A stretch of DNA of 64,000 bases from an uncultured Acidimicrobiaceae bacterium (lineage in GTDB: Bacteria; Actinomycetota; Acidimicrobiia; Acidimicrobiales; RAAP-2). Positions within the stretch are counted from its first letter, which is position 1. Every line of letters begins with the position of its first letter. The stretch spans positions 495,475-559,474 of the forward strand of contig OY969891.1 in the NCBI GenBank assembly GCA_963704355.1, given 5' to 3'. The translations under genes were made by a program, and so were the position numbers. Positions 40,653-49,075 of the stretch are shown here, one piece after another. A model generated the notes under the pieces. That model was given only the letters and a program-made list of their open reading frames with translations, was not told the origin of the DNA and made no database searches.

Positions 40653-41771
40653 TCAGGAAACGCGGACGGGCATCAGGAGGTAGCGGAAGTCGTCGTTCTC
40701 GGCCGCGCGCACGGTGGCGGCACGCGACGCGTCCGCCGTCTCGACGATGACCTCGTCGCCGGCCACCGCCTCGACGCCGTCGATGAGGTATGCCGGGTTG
40801 AACGCGATGACGAGTTCCTCGCCGCTGTAGTCGCCGTCGACCGCCTCGGCCGCGTCACCCACCTCTTGGCTCTGCACGCTCAGGTCGACGCCTCCCGGGC
40901 GCATGGCCAGGCGCACCGGTGTGGTGTTGTCCCGCACGAGGAGCTGCACGCGACGCAGGGCGGCCAGGAAATTCTCCTTCCCGAGGTGCAGCTGGTTCGG
41001 GTAGTGGTCCGGGATCAATTGTTTGTAGTCCGGATAGCGCCCCTCGAGCAGGCGTGTGCTGATCTGCACGTTGCCCTGCCAGAAGGTGATCTCGTTGCTG
41101 CTGGCGGCGACGCCCACGCGGTTGGTCTCGGCCTGCTCCGAGATCGTGCCGGTTGGCAGGCGCTGGAGTTCCGACAGGGCGCGCGCCGGCACCAGCAGGT
41201 CTTCTTCGCCGGGGATGGTGTTCGACCCCGGCAGATCCCGCATGGCCATGCGATACGAGTCGGTCGCCACCATGCGGAGCGAGCCATCGACCCGGGACAG
41301 GAGCACCCCGGTGAGCAACGGCCGGCCGTCGTCGTGCGAGGCCGCCCGCACCACCTGGCGCACCGCCTCGGCCAGCGTCGTCTCGGCCAGCTGGGTCGTG
41401 GGCTCGCTCGTCTTGCCGACCGGGGGAAACTCCACGACCGGATAGGTGTGCAACTTGAAGGTCGAGCGCGCCGCCGAGATCGTGATGTGATCCCCGTCGT
41501 CCTCGAAGGTCACGGCCCCTGGCTCCAGTCGCCGCACGATGTCGGTCGACAGGCGGGCCGGAATCACACAATTCCCGTCGTCGATGCCGATCACCTCGTC
41601 GGTGACCTGGATCGTGAGGTCCAGGTCCGTTCCGGTGACGCACAGCGAGTTGCCCGAGCATGACAAGAGCAGGCCCATGAGGACGGGTGAGGAGCCGCCA
41701 CGTCCTCCGACCGCCCGGCTGGCCGTGGCGAGCATGTCCACGAGCGCATCACGTTCGGATCTGAACTTCAC
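40653..41771 (-). CDS. dnaN: DNA polymerase III beta sliding clamp
   Basis: 372 aa with three-domain clamp-like text (TGTDLDLTI.., MVATDSYRMA.., LLMPVRV). Lies between dnaA and recF. Confidence 0.95.
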   Translation of the reverse strand: MKFRSERDALVDMLATASRAVGGRGGSSPVLMGLLLSCSGNSLCVTGTDLDLTIQVTDEVIGIDDGNCVIPARLSTDIVRRLEPGAVTFEDDGDHITISAARSTFKLHTYPVVEFPPVGKTSEPTTQLAETTLAEAVRQVVRAASHDDGRPLLTGVLLSRVDGSLRMVATDSYRMAMRDLPGSNTIPGEEDLLVPARALSELQRLPTGTISEQAETNRVGVAASSNEITFWQGNVQISTRLLEGRYPDYKQLIPDHYPNQLHLGKENFLAALRRVQLLVRDNTTPVRLAMRPGGVDLSVQSQEVGDAAEAVDGDYSGEELVIAFNPAYLIDGVEAVAGDEVIVETADASRAATVRAAENDDFRYLLMPVRVS

Positions 41772-42071
41772 CGAGAAGAGTCCTTTCGAGTGGTGTCCCC
41801 AGAGCTGATGACAAGAAGGGGGAGATATGTAGTCAGTAAAGGTAATAAGGCCTGTGGACTGTGGATGACATGGTCTGGCCCCTGCGTGACGCCCATCGCA
41901 GTGTCCCCATGGTGTTGTGGGAGGTTTCGGGGAAGGCGCGGGCGAGGGTCTGATGACGGCCGGGCCTGGGGACGGTGGCGCCGTTGATCCCCAAGTGCGA
42001 GGCGACCGTCCACAGCCTTTGCCGTCGGCAAAGCACAGGAGAGTGTGCGCTGCATGCTCGGGGGCCTGGTG
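41772..42071. other. candidate oriC (dnaA-dnaN intergenic): AT-rich unwinding element plus DnaA-box-like 9-mers
   Basis: AT-rich stretch agatatgtagtcagtaaaggtaataag (41823-41849). DnaA-box-like 9-mers lie at 41793-41801, 41853-41861, 41860-41868, 41901-41909 and 42006-42014; the best is TCATCCACA on the minus strand at 41860-41868. Confidence 0.6.
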
Positions 42072-43466
42072 TCAGGCCGAGCCGGCACGGATCTTCTGGA
42101 TCAATTCGGTGACTTGTTCGTAGATCTGGCGTCGTTCTTGCATCTGGCCGGCGATCTTGTCGACGGCGTGGATGACCGTGGTGTGGTCGCGCTTGCCGAA
42201 GACGCGCCCGATGGCGGGATAGCTGTAGTCCGTGAGCTCCCTGGTCAGGTACATGGCGACCTGCCGGGCGGTGACCAGGGGCCGGGTCCGGCTGGGCCCG
42301 CACAGCGCCTCGACGGGAAAGCCGTAGCTCGCTGAGGTGGCCTCGAGGATCATCTGGGGCGAGATGCGCCGGGGCTCGCCGGCGAGCACGAGATCCGAGA
42401 GCACGTGCTCGGCCTGGGTGAGCGAGAGCGGCTCTTTGTTCAGCTTGGCGAAGGCACAGATGCGGATGAGCGCGCCCTCGAGCTCACGGATGTTGTTCTT
42501 GACGTGCGACGCGATGAACTCCAACACGTCATCGGGCACGTCCTGGTGTTCGCTCAAGCACTTCGAGCGGAGGATGGCCAGCCGCGTCTCGAGGTCGGGC
42601 GGGTCGATCTCGGTGATGAGCCCCGAGAGGAAGCGGCTGCGCAGCCGGTCCTCGAGCGTCTCGATCGACTTGGGCGGGCGGTCCGACGTGAGGACGATCT
42701 GCTTGGAGGCGCCCTTGAGGTCGTTGTAGGTGTGGAAGAACTCTTCCTGCAGTCCCTCTTTGCGCTCCATGAACTGGACGTCGTCGATGAGGAGCACGTC
42801 GCAGTCGCGGTAGCGGCGCTTGAAGGCCAAGGTCGTCGAGGTGCGCAACGAGTCGACGAAGTCGTTCATGAAGGTCTCGGTGGTCACGTAGAGGACCTTG
42901 CGCCGCGAATAGTTCTCGGTGACGTAGTTCCCGATGGCGTGGAGGAGGTGCGTCTTGCCCAGTCCCGAGTCGCCGTAGATGAACAGGGGGTTATAGGAAC
43001 GGCCGGGCGTCTCCGCCACCGCCTGCGCGGCGGCGTGGGCCAACCGGTTCGACGATGCGGCGACGAACGTCTCGAACGTGAACTTCGAGTCCAGCTGGAC
43101 GGCCGGAGACTCCCGGCCGGGCTTTGCCGCCACCCCGGCGGGCTCACGTTCCGGTTCCGGGTCCAGTTCCGCCGGCAGCCCGAGCACCTCGTCGAAGGAC
43201 ACCGGCACCTCGGCCGGCCCGGGGTCTTGGACCTCCAGGCGCCCGCGCACCGGCGCCCCGACCTCGTTGGCCAGGGTGTCCTCGATCATCGGGAGGTAGC
43301 GCGACTCCACCCGCTCGCGGATCAGCCCGTTCGGGACGGAGAGTACGAACACGCCGTCGGCGAAGGCCACGGGCTCGATACCCGACAGCCAGAGCTGCCA
43401 CGTGCTCTCCGACACCTGGTCGCGCAGCGACCCGCTGCACCTTGTCCAGAGATCCCCAGCCTGCAT
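42072..43466 (-). CDS. dnaA: chromosomal replication initiator protein DnaA
   Basis: ATG at 43466 (MQAGDLWTRC..). Walker A GDSGLGKTHLL, DVLLIDDVQF and the C-terminal DNA-binding domain (VAMYLTRELT..GKRDHTTVIHA). Confidence 0.95.
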   Translation of the reverse strand: MQAGDLWTRCSGSLRDQVSESTWQLWLSGIEPVAFADGVFVLSVPNGLIRERVESRYLPMIEDTLANEVGAPVRGRLEVQDPGPAEVPVSFDEVLGLPAELDPEPEREPAGVAAKPGRESPAVQLDSKFTFETFVAASSNRLAHAAAQAVAETPGRSYNPLFIYGDSGLGKTHLLHAIGNYVTENYSRRKVLYVTTETFMNDFVDSLRTSTTLAFKRRYRDCDVLLIDDVQFMERKEGLQEEFFHTYNDLKGASKQIVLTSDRPPKSIETLEDRLRSRFLSGLITEIDPPDLETRLAILRSKCLSEHQDVPDDVLEFIASHVKNNIRELEGALIRICAFAKLNKEPLSLTQAEHVLSDLVLAGEPRRISPQMILEATSASYGFPVEALCGPSRTRPLVTARQVAMYLTRELTDYSYPAIGRVFGKRDHTTVIHAVDKIAGQMQERRQIYEQVTELIQKIRAGSA

Positions 43467-43714
43467 CACCGCTCTCGCTGAACGCCCCTTCTCCCCCCTC
43501 GGCGTCCAGCCACCATGTTCGGAACGATCCTCGGTACGGGTAATTGGATGAACGTACACCCCGAGGGCGGATGCGACTAGAGCCGGCCCACAAATCGCGC
43601 CTAACATGGGAGGACTCGTCGCCGACGGCCGATTCCCGGGAACGGCCGAGGCAAGAACGTTGCGACGGACCCGTTCCCGGTTGCTGCCTGGACGCCGCGA
43701 AAGGCTGAATTCAC

Positions 43715-43849
43715 GTGAAGCGCACTTACCAACCCAACACCCGCAAGCGGGCCAAGACCCACGGTTTCCGCAAGCGGATGTCGACGCGGGCAGGTCGGGC
43801 CATCTTGAAGTCGCGCCGGCTCAAGGGGCGCCACCGTCTCACCGTCTGA
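43715..43849 (+). CDS. rpmH: 50S ribosomal protein L34
   Basis: Too short for the ORF track. GTG at 43715 gives [44 protein letters not shown] (44 aa), the canonical L34 sequence. Confidence 0.93.
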   Translation: MKRTYQPNTRKRAKTHGFRKRMSTRAGRAILKSRRLKGRHRLTV

Positions 43850-43856
43850 AGGTCTC

Positions 43857-44216
43857 GTGCCTACCCGGACGGTTGGACGGATCACGAGTCGCGCTGCCTT
43901 CGTGGAGCTGCAGCGCTCTCGCTGGCGCGGCTCGAGTGGGCCGGTCCGTGCCGCGTTCGCGCCGGCCGACGTGAGCGACGCTGGTTTGTTTCCGCAGGTC
44001 GGATATGCAATTGGGCGTCAGAGCGGCACGGCCGTGGTCCGGAACCGCCTGCGCCGGCGTGCCCGTGAGGTGGTCCGCGCCGAGGCCCCGGCGCTGCCGC
44101 GGGGCACGTTCCTCGTGCGCGTCGGGCCGGAGGCGGCCACGCTGAGCCCGGCGGAGTTCCGGGCGGACGTGGCGACGGCGCTCCGGCGGGCCGGACGGGT
44201 ACCGGTGGGCCGATGA
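43857..44216 (+). CDS. rnpA: ribonuclease P protein component
   Basis: 119-aa basic protein with the RNR motif region (AVVRNRLRRRAREV). Immediately downstream of rpmH. Confidence 0.85.
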   Translation: MPTRTVGRITSRAAFVELQRSRWRGSSGPVRAAFAPADVSDAGLFPQVGYAIGRQSGTAVVRNRLRRRAREVVRAEAPALPRGTFLVRVGPEAATLSPAEFRADVATALRRAGRVPVGR

Positions 44217-44485
44217 CGCCGACCGAAGCCCCCACGAGCCGGTCCGCCCGCGCCGCCGTGGCCGTGGTCACGGCGTATCAGGGCGCCGCCTCCGGGCGGG
44301 TGTCACCGTGCCGCTTCTACCCGAGCTGCTCGAACTACGCCGTCGAGGCGTTCACGGTGCACGGCTTCTGGCGCGGACTGGCCCTCACCGCCAGACGGCT
44401 GGTGCGCTGCCGGCCCTTCGGGCCCCACGGCGTGGACCTGGTCCCGGTGCTGGTCCACACCCACGAACGGAGCCGTCCGTGCTGA
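44213..44485 (+). CDS. yidD: membrane protein insertion efficiency factor YidD
   Basis: CRFYPSCSNYAVEA signature. The start overlaps the rnpA stop. Confidence 0.85.
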   Translation: MTPTEAPTSRSARAAVAVVTAYQGAASGRVSPCRFYPSCSNYAVEAFTVHGFWRGLALTARRLVRCRPFGPHGVDLVPVLVHTHERSRPC

Positions 44486-45669
44486 ACCATCCCATCCTGG
44501 CCGAGAACGCCCTGTTCAAGCTGGTGGGCGAGATCTTCCACCCCCTCTTCGAACTGTTCGGCTACATCCTGGCGGGCCTCTACGCGGTCTGGCCGAACTA
44601 CGGCTTCGCCATCACCGGGCTGACCGTCATCATCATGCTGGCCCTGACGCCGGTCACGGTGAAGAGCACCAAGTCGATGCTGGCCATGCAGCGGCTGCAG
44701 CCCGAGATGAAGAAGCTCCAGGCCAAGTACAAGGGCCCGGAGAACCGGGAGATGCTCAACCAGGAGATGATGCGTCTCTACAAGGAGAACGGGACCAGCC
44801 CGTTCGGCGCCTGCCTCCCGAGCCTCTTGCAGATGCCGTTCCTGATCGTGCTGTACACGTTGATCCGGGGTTTGTCGACGACGGCGACCAAGGTTGTCAA
44901 CGGGCACAAAATCATCGTCGGAGCGCCAAGGTATATCCCAACAAATTCTCAAATGCACCAGGCATTGGTCCTCAGTCAGGGGCAAATGCACTGGTGGTTT
45001 GGGATGGATTTGTCCTCCCTGCCATTCTCAAATCACACGACGAATCCATTCACGCATGTCGTGACCACGTCGGTCAGTCAGGCCGTTTTGGTCATTCCGT
45101 ATCTGGTGCTGATTGTCGCTGCGATGTTCCTGCAGTACTACCAAATGAAGCAGATGAACAGTCGTAATCCGCAGGCCGCGGCGGCGAATCCACAGATGCA
45201 AACCATGCAGAAGTTTTTCCCGCTTATTTTCGGCCTTATTTACCTGAGAGTCCCGGCCGGAGCAACGATTTACATGGTTGTGTCGTCCGCCATGCGCATC
45301 GGGACACAAGAGGTGATGTTCCGGAGCGGGATGGTCCAACCCGTGGCGGCCGAACGCGAGATCGGTTCGGCCAAGGAGGGCAAGGAGGACAAGCCACCAC
45401 CGAAACCCTCCCCCAAGGCCGACCCGAAAGCCATCGCGAAACCCCCCCCAACCACCCCCACCCGGCGCTCGAGTGCCACCGACGGCACGTCGGCCGGCAA
45501 GGGCACCGTGCCGCCGAAGACGGGCGCTGGGGCGAACGGTCGGTCCAACACGAACGGGCGCAAGCCGACGGGGAAGGCCAACGGCAAGGCGACGGGGAGC
45601 GAGCCGGAGCCGCCGGCCCCCAAGGCGCACCCGCGGTCGCGCTCGAAACGAAGCAGAAAGGCGCGCTGA
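44479..45669 (+). CDS. yidC: membrane protein insertase YidC (short Gram-positive type) with long basic C-terminal tail
   Basis: GTG at 44479 overlaps the yidD end. TM1 plus KSTKSMLAMQRLQPEMKKLQAKYKG, then GCLPSLLQMPFLIVLY and PAGATIYMVVSS. The last ~100 aa are Lys/Pro/Arg-rich. Confidence 0.9.
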   Translation: MLNHPILAENALFKLVGEIFHPLFELFGYILAGLYAVWPNYGFAITGLTVIIMLALTPVTVKSTKSMLAMQRLQPEMKKLQAKYKGPENREMLNQEMMRLYKENGTSPFGACLPSLLQMPFLIVLYTLIRGLSTTATKVVNGHKIIVGAPRYIPTNSQMHQALVLSQGQMHWWFGMDLSSLPFSNHTTNPFTHVVTTSVSQAVLVIPYLVLIVAAMFLQYYQMKQMNSRNPQAAAANPQMQTMQKFFPLIFGLIYLRVPAGATIYMVVSSAMRIGTQEVMFRSGMVQPVAAEREIGSAKEGKEDKPPPKPSPKADPKAIAKPPPTTPTRRSSATDGTSAGKGTVPPKTGAGANGRSNTNGRKPTGKANGKATGSEPEPPAPKAHPRSRSKRSRKAR

Positions 45670-45672
45670 CCC

Positions 45673-46689
45673 GTGGAGTGGGTAGAGGTCACGGGCAAGA
45701 CTGTGGACGAAGCAACCGAGCAGGCCCTCGACCGCCTCGGGGTTGCGGCCGGTGATGCCGAGGTGATCGTGGTCACCGAGCCGAAGATGGGGTTGTTCGG
45801 TCGAGTGCGGGAAGAGGCCCGGGTGCGGGCCCGGGTGCGCCCGGTAGGCGCCCGGCCGAAGCGCGAGCGGTCTCGCCGCGGGGGCGGGCGATCGGGCGCG
45901 CAGGGCGGGCGCCAGGGCACCGGACGAGGCCCCAAGGAGACGTCGGGTCAGAGGTCGGAACACCGGTCCGCCGAAGGCGCCAGCCGTTCTGCGGGCGATT
46001 CCGCGGGCGATTCCACCTCAGGGGCCAATGCCAACGGGTCGGCGACGGCCGGGAGCGGGACCGGGACCAGCCGATCGGCCCGGCGGCGCCGCAATAAGGG
46101 TCGGGCTTCGGCGGGGACGGGGACCCGAGAGGGCTCCCCGAACGGGTCGACGACCGCGCGCACCGTGGCGAAGACTTCCCAAGCGAGCTCGGAGTTGAAG
46201 GAGACTGTGGACATGGCAGAGGGCATGACGCTCGAAGAGCAAGGTGAGGTAGGTCGGGCGTTCTTGGCCGGGCTGCTGAGTGAGTACGGGATGGAGGGCT
46301 CGGTCGAGACCCGCCTCCTCGACGAGGACACCGTGGAGATCGCTGCGATGGGTGACGACCTCGGCATGCTCGTCGGCCCGCGCGGGTCGACCCTGAGTGC
46401 GCTGCAGGACCTGACGCGCGCCGTGGTGCAGCGGCAGTGCCCCTCGCGTACCGACCGGATCCTGGTGGACGTCGCGGGGTACCGCGAGCGCCGCTCCGCC
46501 GCCCTCAAGCGCTTCAGTGTCCAGATCGCCGAGGAGGTCCTGGCGTCGGGCAACGAGAAGGCCCTGGAGGCCATGAGCCCGGCCGATCGCAAGTCCGTGC
46601 ACGATGCCATCAATGAGGTGGCCGGGGTCGTCACCCGTTCCGAGGGCGAGGACCCGAACCGCTACATCGTCATTGCGCCGGCGGGCTGA
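45673..46689 (+). CDS. jag: Jag/KhpB RNA-binding protein (Jag_N, KH, R3H)
   Basis: N-terminal MEWVEVTGKTVDEATEQALDRLG (Jag_N), a disordered basic linker and a C-terminal KH/R3H region (VDVAGYRERR.., SVHDAINEV..TRSEGEDPNRYIVI). Confidence 0.85.
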   Translation: MEWVEVTGKTVDEATEQALDRLGVAAGDAEVIVVTEPKMGLFGRVREEARVRARVRPVGARPKRERSRRGGGRSGAQGGRQGTGRGPKETSGQRSEHRSAEGASRSAGDSAGDSTSGANANGSATAGSGTGTSRSARRRRNKGRASAGTGTREGSPNGSTTARTVAKTSQASSELKETVDMAEGMTLEEQGEVGRAFLAGLLSEYGMEGSVETRLLDEDTVEIAAMGDDLGMLVGPRGSTLSALQDLTRAVVQRQCPSRTDRILVDVAGYRERRSAALKRFSVQIAEEVLASGNEKALEAMSPADRKSVHDAINEVAGVVTRSEGEDPNRYIVIAPAG

Positions 46690-46774
46690 CGCCCTGGTCG
46701 GTGCCGAGCGCCGGGCCGGGGGCGGGGGCCGGGTCTAGTCGGGCGCGGGAAAGTCACCGGACTCCCCTACGGCG

Positions 46775-47431
46775 ATGTTCGACGTCCTAAGCGAGGCCCG
46801 AGAGGCTGGATTCCTGGGCCCAGGGCCTGTCGAAACGCAACTGCGACACGCAGAAGGGTTCGTCGCCGTCGCCCGCCGTCTGGCCCTCGAGGCCGAGGTG
46901 TCTCCCCCGCTGCGGATCGTGGACCTCGGCTCCGGAGGCGGAATCCCCGGACTGGTCGTGGCCGCTGCGTGGCCCGAGACCACCTTGGTGTTGCTCGAGG
47001 CGAACGGCCGTCGCGCCGGGTTTCTCCGGCGTGCGGTTCCTCGACTCGGTCTGGAGCCACGGGTCACGGTGTTAGAAGCGCGCGCCGAGGCCGCAGGGCG
47101 AGATCCCGCCAACCGTGGCGCGTTCGACGGGGTCCTGGCGCGGTCGTTCGGCCGGCCGGCGGTCGTCGCCGAATGCGGGGCGCCGTTTCTGAAGGTTGGC
47201 GGCTGGATCGTCGTCTCCGAGCCGCCGGCCGAGGACGTCCGAGAAGGCGAGGCTCGGGAACTCACCGAGACGCCGTCTCGATGGCCGGCGAGCGCTCTGG
47301 CCGAGTTCGGGCTCGAGCCGGCCCAGGTCGTCCGGGAGGGGGCTTCGTACCAGGTGCTGCGCCAGATCAAACCCTGCCCCAGCCGGTTTCCGCGTCGCAA
47401 CGGCGTTCCCGCCAAGAGACCCCTTTTCTGA
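46775..47431 (+). CDS. rsmG: 16S rRNA (guanine527-N7)-methyltransferase
   Basis: SAM motif IVDLGSGGGIPGLVVA. 218 aa, in the conserved position before parA. Confidence 0.9.
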   Translation: MFDVLSEAREAGFLGPGPVETQLRHAEGFVAVARRLALEAEVSPPLRIVDLGSGGGIPGLVVAAAWPETTLVLLEANGRRAGFLRRAVPRLGLEPRVTVLEARAEAAGRDPANRGAFDGVLARSFGRPAVVAECGAPFLKVGGWIVVSEPPAEDVREGEARELTETPSRWPASALAEFGLEPAQVVREGASYQVLRQIKPCPSRFPRRNGVPAKRPLF

Positions 47432-47543
47432 TGGCCCTCCGGGTCCTTTGTGGACCGTGCGTCCCAAGTGTCCGGTAGCTGAGCGGTCACGGGATCCCAG
47501 GCCGATAGCTTGAGAGCTATTCCAACGGCATGCCTCGGGGTCC

Positions 47544-47559
47544 TGTTCCACGTGAAACA
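47544..47559. other. parS centromere-like site (perfect 16-mer TGTTCCACGTGAAACA)
   Basis: Read directly; it matches the canonical parS palindrome TGTTNCACGTGAAACA. It lies in the rsmG-parA intergenic region. Confidence 0.9.
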
Positions 47560-47590
47560 TTCTCGAGGGCCTTTCCGCTCCGCAACGTGA

Positions 47591-47606
47591 CGTTTCACGT
47601 GGAACA
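47591..47606. other. second parS site (CGTTTCACGTGGAACA, 15/16)
   Basis: Read directly. Its start lies 47 nt downstream of the start of the first site, with a single mismatch at an outer position. Confidence 0.85.
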
Positions 47607-47659
47607 AAACCTCAAGCCTTGACCTTCGCTGAGCGGGGAGCCAGGATAGGCGGCGTAAT

Positions 47660-49075
47660 GTGGCGATTCGGAATGCCTGCCTGATGCGCATCCGGCGCAG
47701 AGACAAGCAATCACCACTGACACCAGCCCCCGCCCAACAGACGCCCGCTTCCGACCCAGAAGGCCCGACGTCGATGGACCCCGTCAAGAGCCTGATTTCG
47801 GAGGCTCCGGCACCGACGGAATCATCGCCGGCCCAGCCCTCTCCGGCCCAGCCCCCGGTCTTCGACCAGGCCGTCGTGGCCCCCCAGGAGCCGGCGCAGG
47901 AGCCGGCGCAGGAGTTGGAGCATGAGCCCGATCCACAGATGGGACGGGAGAAAGCCGCCGACCTGGCACCTGACGTGGCAAAAGCGACAACCGCTCCCGA
48001 ACCGGACAAGACTTCCGAGATTGCTGAAGAGCCCCACTCCCCTGGTGCCGGGGCGGATGCTTCAGATTCCGTCGTACCGGAGCCTGACGGCCCGCTGGCG
48101 GCCGTAGAGCAGGATGTAGGTCCCACCCCCCCGACAGCAGCCGAGGAGCCAGAGGCGGACATGGCCAAGAAGCCGAAGCCCGACAAAAAGCCCAGGGCGG
48201 CGGAGGCGTCCGCCGCCGCCGAGCCGGTCATGCGTGCACCCACCATCGGGAGCGAGGCCAACGAGCTCTTGAACGGCTCGAAGCCTGCGGCGCGGGACCT
48301 CCCCCGGGTCATCGCCATCGCGAACCAGAAGGGTGGTGTGGGCAAGACCACGACCACGGTCAACCTGGGCGCTGCACTGGCCGAGCAGGGCTATCGGGTG
48401 CTGGTGATCGACCTTGATCCGCAGGGAAACGCCACCACCGGGCTCGGCGTGGAGGCTCGCAACTTCGAGCTCTCCATGTACGACGTCATCATGCGGGAAC
48501 AACCGCTGGAGGACTGCATCGAGCCCACCAGCGTCAAGAACCTCTTCGTGGCCCCGGCGACGATCGACCTGGCCGGGGTCGAGATCGAGCTCGTCCCCGC
48601 CTTCAGCCGAGAGCTCAAGCTCAAGCGGGCTATCGACACCATCGTGGACGACTTCGACTTCGTGCTCATCGACTGCCCGCCCTCCCTCGGGCTCATCACC
48701 GTCAACGGCCTGGCGGCGGCGGACGAAGTGCTCGTGCCGATCCAGTGCGAGTACTACGCCCTCGAGGGCTTGAGCCAGCTGCTCCGCAACGTGAACCTGG
48801 TCTCGACCAACCTGAACGAGACCCTCGAGGTCACGACCATCGTCCTGACCATGTACGACTCGAGGACCCGGCTGTCGGTCGACGTGGCCAACGAGGTCCG
48901 GGAGCACTTCTCCGAGCGGGTCTGCCGGGTGGTGATCCCCCGCACCGTCCGCCTCTCCGAAGCCCCCTCGTTCGGGCAGCCCATCACGGTTTTCGATCCT
49001 TCCTCGCGAGGCGCCGTGGCCTACCGCGAGCTGGCCAAGGAGGTGAGCAATGGCGCGCCGCAGCGGACTCGGTAA
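47660..49075 (+). CDS. parA: chromosome partitioning ATPase ParA/Soj (start uncertain: 47660, 47774 or 48161)
   Basis: Core begins RVIAIANQKGGVGKTTTTVNLGAALA (deviant Walker A), then LVIDLDPQGN and VLIDCPPSLG. The ~190 codons before the core are Pro/Glu/Ala-rich. Confidence 0.9.
   Translation: MAIRNACLMRIRRRDKQSPLTPAPAQQTPASDPEGPTSMDPVKSLISEAPAPTESSPAQPSPAQPPVFDQAVVAPQEPAQEPAQELEHEPDPQMGREKAADLAPDVAKATTAPEPDKTSEIAEEPHSPGAGADASDSVVPEPDGPLAAVEQDVGPTPPTAAEEPEADMAKKPKPDKKPRAAEASAAAEPVMRAPTIGSEANELLNGSKPAARDLPRVIAIANQKGGVGKTTTTVNLGAALAEQGYRVLVIDLDPQGNATTGLGVEARNFELSMYDVIMREQPLEDCIEPTSVKNLFVAPATIDLAGVEIELVPAFSRELKLKRAIDTIVDDFDFVLIDCPPSLGLITVNGLAAADEVLVPIQCEYYALEGLSQLLRNVNLVSTNLNETLEVTTIVLTMYDSRTRLSVDVANEVREHFSERVCRVVIPRTVRLSEAPSFGQPITVFDPSSRGAVAYRELAKEVSNGAPQRTR

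Noticed and set aside
43467-43714. rpmH-dnaA intergenic region as the main oriC
   Set aside because: It has only weak box-like matches (for example ggcccacaaat), no AT-rich stretch, and a GGGAACGG..CCGTTCCC inverted repeat that more likely relates to promoters. The dnaA-dnaN gap has the DUE and better boxes. This region may still hold dnaA promoter and autoregulatory sites.
47505-47520. ATAGCT-TGAG-AGCTAT hairpin after rsmG as an intrinsic terminator
   Set aside because: The stem is only 6 bp and no T-run follows it. The evidence is too weak to call.
46735-48363. 542-aa - strand ORF overlapping rsmG and the parA leader
   Set aside because: It is antisense to rsmG (clear SAM motif) and runs through both parS sites. 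The Ser/Ala/Gly/Pro-rich text has no motifs.
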